A DNA stretch of 32,000 nucleotides, taken from Microcystis aeruginosa NIES-2549 (GTDB taxonomy: Bacteria > Cyanobacteriota > Cyanobacteriia > Cyanobacteriales > Microcystaceae). Within the stretch, counting starts at the first letter, position 1, and each line of letters starts with the position of its first letter. Below are positions 7,425-15,551 of this stretch, piece after piece. Both the position numbers and the translations under genes were made by a program. Below the pieces are notes generated by a model. The model had not been told where the DNA came from. It saw nothing but the letters and a program-made list of their open reading frames with translations, and ran no database searches. The stretch is taken from positions 90,001-122,000 of the forward strand of contig NZ_CP011304.1 of the NCBI RefSeq assembly GCF_000981785.2, written 5' to 3'.

Positions 7425-8531
7425 ATGAAAGATTTCACTTATTGGAAAAAACTACATGACGGCAATAATTTATTAGAGTTCAACACTGACTCTACTGGTC
7501 AGTTATGGCTGAAGATCAAATCAATTGTAAGAAGGGAGTTGTTATTAGAATTCACTGAGAGATTCTCCCTGAATTTAATTTCTACTAGCTTGAATGGGCA
7601 GTTTGAAGAGCTATTCTCTCTATTGAAGGATAATCCAACCGAAGCACATCGAAAATTAGATGCTTACATTAGAGAGAAAAATACACAACAATTACAATGC
7701 TTAAATCAGGAAGCGTTAGTTTCTGAGTTGTATAAGTTGAAAACATTTGAGTGGGGAGGAGATTATCAGAACTCTTTAGATAAATATTTGGTAACTCATT
7801 ATGTAAAGGCAATTTCATCTTACGATGTATTAATATCTAAATTTGAAAAAGAGATAAATCGTGCTGTTCAGGGTTATGTGTTGAATAGTTGGTATAATCA
7901 TTGGTCTAGTATTTTAATTGAACATCTCTTCAAATCTCATCCATCTGTTTTACCTACTGTTGGACAAATTAAAAGTGTAGATTTCTTTATTCAAAACTTG
8001 CCTTTTGATCTAAAGGTTACATATTTTCCCGCAGAATACCTAAAGTTAAAGAGGAGAGAGAAAGGTCTTCCTGTAGAACTCACGTTTCTTAAGCAGAAAG
8101 CACGAGAGCTTGCGATAACCTTTGATAAATCGGCAAAACCTTCTGATCTTTACTACGAGATAACTGAAAAATTAAAAGATAGAGATGACGATTTATCTTT
8201 AGATGTTTTAAACCAACTAAAGTCTCAGAATCTATCGATTGTTGGTGAAACACAGCAAAATCCAAGAACACTAATTAAGTGGTTATATGAAAATCAAGGA
8301 GAAATGCGTTTTGGTTCAGAAAATCGTTTATTTCTTGTCTTGATTGATACGAGGGACTTCTCAAATTCTTGGAAGCTCAAAAGAAATCTCGATATTTTAG
8401 CACCTGCGATAAATTCTTTTCTTGCTGATTTCAGATCAAAGACAATATCCGCTCTAACAATAGATTTTCGTTATCCTGGTAAGCCACAAACATTTAGTGC
8501 ATTATCAGATGTAATTTTTGTTGTGAAATAA
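7425..8531 (+). CDS. Candidate type II restriction endonuclease (PD-(D/E)xK-like), partner of the methyltransferase
   Basis: Begins 38 nt after the MTase stop on the same strand and has the same AT-rich composition. A motif VDFFIQNLPFDLKVTY (D...DxK, ~7973-8023) is present. I recognised no family. ATG 7425 is preferred over the TTG at 7419 used by the track. Confidence 0.5.
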   Translation: MKDFTYWKKLHDGNNLLEFNTDSTGQLWLKIKSIVRRELLLEFTERFSLNLISTSLNGQFEELFSLLKDNPTEAHRKLDAYIREKNTQQLQCLNQEALVSELYKLKTFEWGGDYQNSLDKYLVTHYVKAISSYDVLISKFEKEINRAVQGYVLNSWYNHWSSILIEHLFKSHPSVLPTVGQIKSVDFFIQNLPFDLKVTYFPAEYLKLKRREKGLPVELTFLKQKARELAITFDKSAKPSDLYYEITEKLKDRDDDLSLDVLNQLKSQNLSIVGETQQNPRTLIKWLYENQGEMRFGSENRLFLVLIDTRDFSNSWKLKRNLDILAPAINSFLADFRSKTISALTIDFRYPGKPQTFSALSDVIFVVK

Positions 8532-8840
8532 GTTGCTTTCTCTTGGGAACTATGAACAACAGCGAGAGCCGATCTGGTAGAGTGCGTCTGGTGAAAGAGA
8601 TGTATAGAGTCGTCTAAGTTTAATCACTTGATCCCGTGAAATTATGAGAATTAAATAAATTACAGTTAAGCATCTTTTTGTCATATTTGACCAGAGAATT
8701 AACCTCAACATTGAGTAAAGAATAACTATTATTTATGGTAAAAATTGCTGCGAAAAAAACTCAACACTGCGATTAGTCAATGTTTTTTTTAATTGAGAGT
8801 CTGATGCAATAAACCGTCCCGAGAATTACTCAAATTTTTC

Positions 8841-9329
8841 TCATCTTTTTTTCTCAAACCATGTTTGTAATAATTCCCCGGATTCCTTGGCTAAAATTCC
8901 CGCGATTACTGGTAAACGATGGTTAGAAAAAGGACTATCAATCAAATTAGCCACAGTGCGGATAACTCCTGTTTTGGGATCGTCAGCACCGTACACTAAT
9001 AATCCTAGCCTAGCCTGAATGATTGCCCCAGCACACATGGGACAGGGTTCGAGGGTGACGTAGAGGGTACAATCATTTAAGTGCCAATTGCCTAAAACTT
9101 GACTAGCGGCACGAATCGCCAGAATTTCGGCGTGAGCGGTGGGATCATGGTGTTTTTCCTTGCAATTAGCCCCTTGAGCGATTAAATGTCCCTGTTTATC
9201 CACGATAACCGCTCCCACAGGTACATCACCCCGATCCCCCGCAGTTGCCGCTAAATTTAAAGCTAACTGCATCCATTGCCGATGTTTCTCATAGGCTTTT
9301 TCATCAATAGACTTTAGATAGTCCCACAT
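8841..9329 (-). CDS. tadA: tRNA-specific adenosine deaminase
   Basis: 162 aa with the deaminase zinc motifs HAEILAIR and PCPMCAGAI. Confidence 0.9.
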   Translation of the reverse strand: MWDYLKSIDEKAYEKHRQWMQLALNLAATAGDRGDVPVGAVIVDKQGHLIAQGANCKEKHHDPTAHAEILAIRAASQVLGNWHLNDCTLYVTLEPCPMCAGAIIQARLGLLVYGADDPKTGVIRTVANLIDSPFSNHRLPVIAGILAKESGELLQTWFEKKR

Positions 9330-9407
9330 TTAGCCAATAAATTATCTAATTTTTTCTGACCATCCAAAGCATACAAATCATCACAACCACCGAGATGTTC
9401 ATTATTA
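9314..9407 (-). pseudogene. Glutaredoxin gene, 3' fragment separated by the IS insertion
   Basis: The minus-strand reading gives NNEHLGGCDDLYALDGQKKLDNLLAKCGTI*. The stop at 9316..9314 overlaps the tadA start at 9329..9327. Confidence 0.8.
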
Positions 9408-10551
9408 GACCTCTCCAAAAATTTATAAGTCAGTCACAGCAAGGAAGAGAGGCAGATTAGACCAAGAGTCAAAATTAGCTCTCAAAACCGATTAATCAGG
9501 GTTTGAAGAGACAAAATCCAATTTTGACGGAAAACTATGGCTAATTATAACGTCAATTACTTCCCCTGATTGCTCCCCTTCTATTACTTCTAAAATTAGC
9601 GCACTAATTCTCAACCTTACTAAGCCACAAACGGTCAGTAAAACCGATTTATATCGACTTTTATTTAATCTAAATCTTTCTTGAACTACTTTAAATACTT
9701 TGACAACTCGAATTAAATGCTCAACAAAAATTCGCCGAGATGATAAAACTTTATTTTCTTTAATTTGATTCTCGGTTAATTCTCCATTCTTAGGTTTTTT
9801 ATCAGGAGTTCTGATTTGATTTTCTCCTAGGTAAGCTTTATCTCCAATAAAAGTTTGTTGAGAATCGAATTTGCTTAAAGTTTGCCGACAGATTTTTATG
9901 TCGCTCGTCGGACCAGGTTGACCAATAACTACATCAACAATATCTTCAGCTTTTGGCAAGACAATAAATTGACTTTTTAAAGTATGTCTTTTTTGCTTTC
10001 CCGAATAATATATTTTTTGTTCTTGATAATCGGTCGGCCTCTCCACGGGCTGTTCTGCGCTATCGACAATCAACTCATAATCCCTTAATTGTTCAATTAT
10101 TATTTCCTCTTCTTGGCACTTCTTTATTTGTTCTAACAAACTTGGCGGTAACTCTCCTTCAAAAAGTTTTTGCCAATAGGTAAAGATATTATGAGCCGTT
10201 GATTCACTCACTTGAAATATTAGTCCTAAGATTTGAAAGCTTAGATGATGTCTTAAATAAACCAACATTAGAACAATTTGTTCCTCTTCTGATAATTTAG
10301 GAGGTGTTCCGCTTCCTGGTTGATTAATCCTAATTTTGGTTTTTTCGATTTCTGATTGGTTTTTCCGATGTATAAGTTTTCCAAGTGCCATCAGTTGTTC
10401 TAGTTGTTGGTAGTCAATTCCTAATAGTCTTTTAGTTTGTTTCGGATATTTTTGAATGTATTCCCAAGTGTAGTTTTTCATGGCTTTTTTGAGTTACTAT
10501 TTGTTTTATTATATCCTATATATTGTGATTTAATTAAATTATGGAGAGGTC
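9408..10551 (-). mobile_element. IS element (DDE_Tnp_4 / Harbinger-like, IS5-superfamily type), 1144 bp
   Basis: The termini GACCTCTCCA (9408-9417) and TGGAGAGGTC (10542-10551) are inverted repeats, with imperfect similarity extending further inward. TATTA flanks both ends directly (9403-9407 and 10552-10556). The element contains a single transposase ORF. Confidence 0.85.
9492..10481 (-). CDS. DDE transposase with N-terminal HTH
   Basis: 329 aa. The HTH-like segment is LVYLRHHLSFQILGLIFQVSESTAHNIF. DDE-region segments include IVDSAEQPVERP, YYSGKQKRHTLKSQ, IGDKAYLG and SSRRIFVEHLIRVVK. Confidence 0.85.
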   Translation of the reverse strand: MKNYTWEYIQKYPKQTKRLLGIDYQQLEQLMALGKLIHRKNQSEIEKTKIRINQPGSGTPPKLSEEEQIVLMLVYLRHHLSFQILGLIFQVSESTAHNIFTYWQKLFEGELPPSLLEQIKKCQEEEIIIEQLRDYELIVDSAEQPVERPTDYQEQKIYYSGKQKRHTLKSQFIVLPKAEDIVDVVIGQPGPTSDIKICRQTLSKFDSQQTFIGDKAYLGENQIRTPDKKPKNGELTENQIKENKVLSSRRIFVEHLIRVVKVFKVVQERFRLNKSRYKSVLLTVCGLVRLRISALILEVIEGEQSGEVIDVIISHSFPSKLDFVSSNPD

Positions 10552-10726
10552 TATTAATAAAAATCTGTGGTACACTGCGTTTACCGTTGGACCGTTCGGC
10601 CATGGCTTGACGTGCGCTTTCATCCCCATCAATCTTGTATTCGGTGTATTTTACTCCTTTCCAACCCAGCAACCATTTGGCCCGAATACAGTAGGGACAA
10701 GTTGCCCAAGTTTGACGCTCCCATCG
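10552..10726 (-). pseudogene. Glutaredoxin gene, 5' fragment (CPYC active site)
   Basis: The minus-strand reading gives ..ERQTWATCPYCIRAKWLLGWKGVKYTEYKIDGDESARQAMAERSNGKRSVPQIFIN, then enters the IS. An in-frame TAG lies at 10729..10727, with no in-frame start codon between it and the CPYC motif. Confidence 0.75.
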
Positions 10727-11068
10727 CTAAAAGCGAGGGATTCTTGGTTCAACAAGTCCACTTACTTTAGATTCCTTGCGTTATCTAAAACAGAGGTGGT
10801 TCTTTCCCCAAGCGTTACTTTTCGTGCGCCCCACGATAGTTGTATTTCTACAAAATTTGCTTTAATTGAAACGTTAGCTTCAAATACTGCTTTGTCTAGT
10901 TCCTACAAAGATTTTACCTACTCACAGGTGAGAAACTAGAACTATTGAGTAGAACCCTATATCTTTGATTGTCAAGGTGCAGAGGTTGTAGTGATTAGAC
11001 TACATGGGTTTTTAGAGCGGTTGATTACCCTATCCGCTATGCTCACATAGTAGCTATTTTTCGTAAGT

Positions 11069-11248
11069 ATGTCAAGACCCTTAAAAGAAAAAAGACTGCC
11101 GATGCTCATGACTCCGAATATGAGCAAGCGCACTTCAAAATACGCATCTAGAATGAAATTAACAATTTCAGAAGTTATTCGAGATTTTGCTCTTGAGATT
11201 AGACATTTATTTTTAGCTGTGCTTCGTGTCACTGAGCCTTTACATTGA
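11069..11248 (+). CDS. Possible ribbon-helix-helix (CopG/MobC-like) small DNA-binding protein
   Basis: A 59-aa ORF, below the track cutoff: MSRPLKEKRLPMLMTPNMSKRTSKYASRMKLTISEVIRDFALEIRHLFLAVLRVTEPLH. The basic N-terminus, beta-strand-like RLPMLMTP and the LTISEVIRDFAL helix fit an RHH pattern. Confidence 0.35.
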   Translation: MSRPLKEKRLPMLMTPNMSKRTSKYASRMKLTISEVIRDFALEIRHLFLAVLRVTEPLH

Positions 11249-11474
11249 GCCTGTCAAAATGTGTCGAAATGTGTCGAAGTGTGGACACTGAGCTTGTCGA
11301 AGTGCTGTTTTATATTGACGGAACCTTTCATCTCCGAGGTAAAACCGAGAGTTCCTTCAAGCCGACATTTAAGGTAAATTTCCACATTGGCCTTGATATT
11401 CTCGTTATAACGCCCAAAAAGCGAGTTAAATAGATTTAGCATCTTGTGACTACAGAAATATTTATCTCTATTTT

Positions 11475-12035
11475 ATGGATTCTGCTACCAAAAAAGCCCA
11501 ATTACGCAAACAACTAATTACCCAAAGACGATCGCTTCCTAAGCATATTTGGCAAGAAAATAGTCAACAACTTTGCAAAAATTTACAATCTTTACCCCTC
11601 TTTCAACACGCTAAAACCATTCTCGCTTACTTCAGTTATCGTCAAGAGCCGGATTTAAGTTCCTTATTTTGCCAACACCATCGCTGGGGTTTTCCCCGTT
11701 GTGACGGAGATAGCCTGACTTGGCACTGTTGGACTGCCGACGATCCCCTAGAATTAAATCGTTATGGCATCTACGAACCAACAGCGATCGCTCCTCTCAT
11801 TTTACCGGCCGAAGTGGACTTACTGTTAATTCCTGCCGTTGCTTGCGATCGCCAAGGTTATCGCTTAGGTTACGGGGGGGGTTATTTTGATCGTCTCTTA
11901 CATTCCCCCGAATGGCAAGCTATCCCCTCGATCGGGATTGTCTTTGACTTTGCCTATCTCGATACCCTTCCCCTCGATACTTGGGACCAAAAATTACAGG
12001 CAATCTGTACCGAATCGAGAACCGAAATTTTTTAA
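11475..12035 (+). CDS. 5-formyltetrahydrofolate cyclo-ligase
   Basis: 186 aa with the GYRLGYGGGYFDR signature near the C-terminus. Confidence 0.85.
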   Translation: MDSATKKAQLRKQLITQRRSLPKHIWQENSQQLCKNLQSLPLFQHAKTILAYFSYRQEPDLSSLFCQHHRWGFPRCDGDSLTWHCWTADDPLELNRYGIYEPTAIAPLILPAEVDLLLIPAVACDRQGYRLGYGGGYFDRLLHSPEWQAIPSIGIVFDFAYLDTLPLDTWDQKLQAICTESRTEIF

Positions 12036-12279
12036 CAATTATTTCCTTTTGTGTGATCGGTTTAACTTATATGGGAGCGATCGATCTTTGTGTCCTTTGT
12101 GTCTTTGTGGTTCGTTCTAGTCGTTCGCTGGCACTGTATCTTAGAATACATTTTACCCACCGACTACTCATATATTAAGTTTTATTGAATCCGATCGACC
12201 CTTAAGATAGCTTTGCTAGGATGAAATTCACATCAGGAGATGTTTAAAGTAATCACCGGAAAAAGTCAACAGGGAAGCA

Positions 12280-12597
12280 ATGAAACACTTTCACGAACAA
12301 TGGATTCAAGAATGGTGTCAAGAAAACGGCTGGACAGAGCTATTTCTCGAACGCTACAGTAATTATTGGGCATTCCCTCCCAATGCCGTGATGCCAGAAC
12401 CAATTCCCCCCAAAGTGTTACAAAACATTAAGCGCCAAAAAGGTCTATCCCCTGCCGAAAAACTTTGGTTAGGAGTGGCTATCGGATTGACTCTGACAGC
12501 TTTAATTCTCTGTATCACCCTCGCTTGTCCCATGCCTATAGTTCTCGCTTTCGCTTTTGATGCTGTCACCGCAGCGCGATTGGAAGTGGAATATTAA
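12280..12597 (+). CDS. Hypothetical small membrane protein
   Basis: 105 aa with a hydrophobic C-terminal half (LWLGVAIGLTLTALILCITLACPMPIVLAFAF). I recognised no family. Confidence 0.5.
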   Translation: MKHFHEQWIQEWCQENGWTELFLERYSNYWAFPPNAVMPEPIPPKVLQNIKRQKGLSPAEKLWLGVAIGLTLTALILCITLACPMPIVLAFAFDAVTAARLEVEY

Positions 12598-12700
12598 CCG
12601 GGCAAAAATTGAGCAGCAAAAACCTAAACAGGGGTAGATTTTTGCGAAGGTCTTCCCCTTTGCCGCGTTTTTCTGGACAGGGACGATCGATCTGTCTTGA

Positions 12701-12808
12701 ATCAGTAATCGGTGATCAGTGGTCAGTAGGAGAATAGAATATTAAGTGAGCAGTATTCAATGACAGTTTTCTGCTGTCTTTTCACTGATTACTGTTTATT
12801 GTTTACTG
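12701..12808. repeat. Heptamer-flanked intergenic element, copy A
   Basis: Degenerate CAGTAAT-type heptamers flank the core ATTAAGTGAGCAGTATTCAATGACAGTTTTCTGCTGTCTTTTCACTGATTACTG, followed by GATTACTG-type heptamers. It is related to 17897-18008 and 31127-31254. Confidence 0.7.
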
Positions 12809-12818
12809 AAAAGTCCCC

Positions 12819-13832
12819 ATGTCCGAATCTCGTCGCTTACAGTTTACCCCCGATCTGGAAATTTGCCGTATTTTGAACGGAATGTGGCAGGTTTCAGGCG
12901 CCCATGGTTCGATCGCACCCCAAAAAGCGATCTCTAGTATGTTCTCCTATCTAGATGCCGGTTTCACCACTTGGGATCTGGCCGATCATTACGGTCCAGC
13001 CGAAGATTTTATTGGTGAATTTCGTCGTCAATTAGTCGCCCAAAGGGGCATTGATGCTTTAAATAATCTGCAAGCTTTCACTAAATGGGTTCCCCGTCCG
13101 GGTAAAATGACTAAGGAAATAGTCGCCAAAAATATCGCTATTTCCCTGCGTCGCATGGATGTGGATAGTCTCGATTTATTGCAGTTTCACTGGTGGGATT
13201 ATCGCGATAACAATTATCTAGATGCCTTATATTTTTTAGGAGAATTACAACAGGAAGGCAAAATTAAACACCTGGCCTTGACTAATTTCGACACGGAACA
13301 TTTAAAAATTATTCTCAGCGCCGGGATTAAAATAGTCTCCAATCAAGTCCAGTTTTCTCTAATCGATCGCCGTCCCCTCGTCAAAATGGCGCAATTTTGC
13401 CAAGAACATAACATCTATCTACTCGCCTATGGTACTCTAGCAGGAGGCTTATTAGGGGCAAAATATCTCGGTCATCCCGAACCCAATGCCATGAGTCTCA
13501 ATACCGCTAGTTTACGGAAATATAAAAACATGATCAATGCTTGGGGAAACTGGCAATTATTCCAAGAATTATTAACCGTTCTTAAAGCGATCGCTGATTC
13601 CTATCATGTCACCATTCCTAATGTGGCAGTGCGTTACGTTCTCGAACAAAAAGCCGTAGCCGGGGCAATTATCGGGGTGCGTTTGGGTGTTGCTGAACAT
13701 ATCCAAGAAAATGCCCGTATTTTCGATTTTCAATTATCCCCCCAAGACTATCAAAAAATTGATCATGTCTTACAAAAATCCCGGGATTTATTGCAGTTAA
13801 TCGGTGATTGCGGTGATGAGTACCGTCGTTAA
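12819..13832 (+). CDS. Aldo/keto reductase family oxidoreductase
   Basis: 337 aa with AKR-like features (WDLADHYG, LDLLQFHWWD, GKIKHLALTNF) throughout. Confidence 0.8.
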   Translation: MSESRRLQFTPDLEICRILNGMWQVSGAHGSIAPQKAISSMFSYLDAGFTTWDLADHYGPAEDFIGEFRRQLVAQRGIDALNNLQAFTKWVPRPGKMTKEIVAKNIAISLRRMDVDSLDLLQFHWWDYRDNNYLDALYFLGELQQEGKIKHLALTNFDTEHLKIILSAGIKIVSNQVQFSLIDRRPLVKMAQFCQEHNIYLLAYGTLAGGLLGAKYLGHPEPNAMSLNTASLRKYKNMINAWGNWQLFQELLTVLKAIADSYHVTIPNVAVRYVLEQKAVAGAIIGVRLGVAEHIQENARIFDFQLSPQDYQKIDHVLQKSRDLLQLIGDCGDEYRR

Positions 13833-13950
13833 GTAGGTAGGTGTTAAAAATTGTCAGCTTTCCCCCCTTATTAAGGGGGGACTAAGGGGGGATCGCCACA
13901 CCCCTTATTAACGGGGGACTAAGGGGGGATCGGCACACCCCTTATTAAGG
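13829..13950 (+). repeat. Repeat element with a 29-nt head TTAAGTAGGTAGGTGTTAAAAATTGTCAG and two CCCCTTATTAAGGGGGGACTAAGGGGGGATCG-type palindromic units
   Basis: The head is identical to 30382-30410. The palindromic G/C-run units are related to 30413-30482 and 1130-1268. The AKR stop codon (13830-13832) lies inside the head. Confidence 0.8.
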
Positions 13951-13990
13951 ACTGATAACTGATAACTGATAACTGATAACTGATAACTGA
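13951..13990. repeat. Heptanucleotide tandem array (ACTGATA x5 plus a partial unit)
   Basis: Read directly. It is the reverse complement of the CAGTTAT arrays at 17901, 19803 and 31127. Confidence 0.9.
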
Positions 13991-14000
13991 AAAGAGGCTA

Positions 14001-14444
14001 ATGATGAGATTTGAACAACCAATCCCCGATGATCCCGCTAATCAATGGCGCTATCAATTAGATCAATTTGTACAAGAAAATCAACGGGAATTAGCCGGTT
14101 TAATGTGGGGTTTACTCTCGGAATGGGGAGAAGATACCCAAGAAACCCTGGGCATCGATCTTAAACCTCAGCCCCATTTTGTCTGTTGTTCTAGGGAGGC
14201 TCTAGAGAAATTAAATCGCAAGGTTAATTGCAAAATTCAAGAGATGCTTGGGATTATCTATCGCTATAATCCCAGCGAAGAAGTAGCTATAGTTGCTATC
14301 GGTGATGGTCAGGTAAAATTGATTTATTTTCAACCCGATCTTTCCCCTCCTGAATGTTTTGATCGCCTCGAAGTGGATCTCGATACTCTCATTCAACAGT
14401 TAGAGGCCAAAATGCTGGCAGAAATCCAATCTTTCCCAATTTGA
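14001..14444 (+). CDS. Hypothetical protein
   Basis: 147-aa ORF with ordinary composition and no recognised family. Its 3' end overlaps the nagA 3' end by 45 nt. Confidence 0.5.
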   Translation: MMRFEQPIPDDPANQWRYQLDQFVQENQRELAGLMWGLLSEWGEDTQETLGIDLKPQPHFVCCSREALEKLNRKVNCKIQEMLGIIYRYNPSEEVAIVAIGDGQVKLIYFQPDLSPPECFDRLEVDLDTLIQQLEAKMLAEIQSFPI

Positions 14445-15551
14445 TGCCGATTGCCAGCGCAAAAAGTTGGCAGGTTGTCCCACCGATAAACCCGCTAATC
14501 CGATCGCTTTTCTGGGGGATTCTGTCCCTAGAAGAATCGCCGTTTCTAAATCACATATTCCCCAGTTGACTAAATTGGCTACTCCTTGTAATAAGGGTAA
14601 GGTTGTTCCCGCTAAAGTACCGTCAAAAAGTCTTGCTGTTCCCTGTTTAACTTCAATTTCTCTCTCGTCCCAAGGATAGACACCATCCCCTAAACCGATT
14701 GGCGCTAAAGCATCACTAACTAAGAAAATTCCTTGATGATAATTACTGGCTTTTAGTAATAATTCTATCATAGTTGGATGGATGTGTTGACCATCGGCAA
14801 TTAACCCACAATACACCTCGCGATTGATAATTGCTTCCCCTAATAACCCCGGTTGACGATGGTGTAAAGGAGGCATGGCATTGAAGGCATGAGTAACCAT
14901 TTTTGCCCCCTGTAAAAAGGCTTTTTTGGCTATTTCTTGATTCGCCTGCGAATGTCCTAAGCTGACGGTAATTCCTCGATCGCTTAGGTATTTAATCACC
15001 GTAACGCTACTATCTAATTCTGGGGCTAGGGTGATAATTTTTATGATCGATAAGTAGTCCCCAAAGATTTTATCTACTGTTTCTATACTTGGGTTTAAAA
15101 GATATTGTCCTGGATGCGCCCCCCTTTTTTCATAGTTTAAAAATGGTCCCTCTAAATGTACTCCTAAAACCTGCGCGCTCGCTCGATTTTCCTGTTTCTG
15201 TTTTTCGATATATTTGGCAATTACTGAGAGGGATTTTTGAAATTTCTCCACGGATGTGGTGACTAGGGTGGGAAGATAACCATCAATTCCTTGATTCCAA
15301 AGATAATCGCTAATCTTATCTAATTTTTCTAGATCTGTTATTTCTAAGTCGGGAAATGCTAATCCTAATCCTCCGTTGATCTGTAAATCTACTCCTCCCA
15401 ACGATAGCCAATCCCCTTCCATATCGATAATCTTTTCCCCTCTTGTCTTTCTCCCCATCTCCGTTATCCTCTCGATCTTTCCAGCAGCATTTATCTCTAT
15501 TTGTTGTCGATCCTGATGGGCGGGAATTCTAGCGTTAATTAGGGTTATCAT
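14400..15551 (-). CDS. nagA: N-acetylglucosamine-6-phosphate deacetylase
   Basis: 383 aa with amidohydrolase/NagA motifs GGVDLQINGG, HLEGPF, SLGHSQA and THAFNAM. Confidence 0.85.
   Translation of the reverse strand: MITLINARIPAHQDRQQIEINAAGKIERITEMGRKTRGEKIIDMEGDWLSLGGVDLQINGGLGLAFPDLEITDLEKLDKISDYLWNQGIDGYLPTLVTTSVEKFQKSLSVIAKYIEKQKQENRASAQVLGVHLEGPFLNYEKRGAHPGQYLLNPSIETVDKIFGDYLSIIKIITLAPELDSSVTVIKYLSDRGITVSLGHSQANQEIAKKAFLQGAKMVTHAFNAMPPLHHRQPGLLGEAIINREVYCGLIADGQHIHPTMIELLLKASNYHQGIFLVSDALAPIGLGDGVYPWDEREIEVKQGTARLFDGTLAGTTLPLLQGVANLVNWGICDLETAILLGTESPRKAIGLAGLSVGQPANFLRWQSASNWERLDFCQHFGL

Noticed and set aside
5833-8271. Short ORFs 5833-6030 (-), 6627-6824 (+) and 8089-8271 (-).
   Set aside because: They are embedded in, or antisense to, the MTase and nuclease genes. 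AT-rich DNA gives spurious frames of this kind.
10815-10835. A GTGCG pentamer (TTCGTGCGCCCC) that could mark the 5' end of a group II intron.
   Set aside because: I could find no domain V-like hairpin, no reverse-transcriptase ORF and no other intron features nearby.
10541-10939. Plus-strand ORFs 10541-10939 and 10567-10770.
   Set aside because: They are antisense to the glutaredoxin 5' fragment, whose CPYC-containing minus-strand reading is clearly the real one.
10972-11442. ORFs 10972-11232 (-), 11245-11433 (+) and 11254-11442 (-).
   Set aside because: They overlap one another, have no recognisable motifs, and partly read through short DNA repeats. I kept only the RHH-like 59-aa ORF, as a low-confidence call.
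11887-12178. ORFs 11887-12120 and 11981-12178 (+).
   Set aside because: They are alternative frames overlapping the 3' end of the cyclo-ligase gene and its downstream repeat-rich spacer.
12363-12569. 68-aa minus-strand ORF.
   Set aside because: It is antisense to the 105-aa membrane-protein ORF. Neither has a family assignment, but the plus-strand ORF is longer and has a coherent TM segment.
14211-14679. ORFs 14211-14396 (-) and 14467-14679 (+).
   Set aside because: They are antisense to the 147-aa ORF and to nagA respectively.
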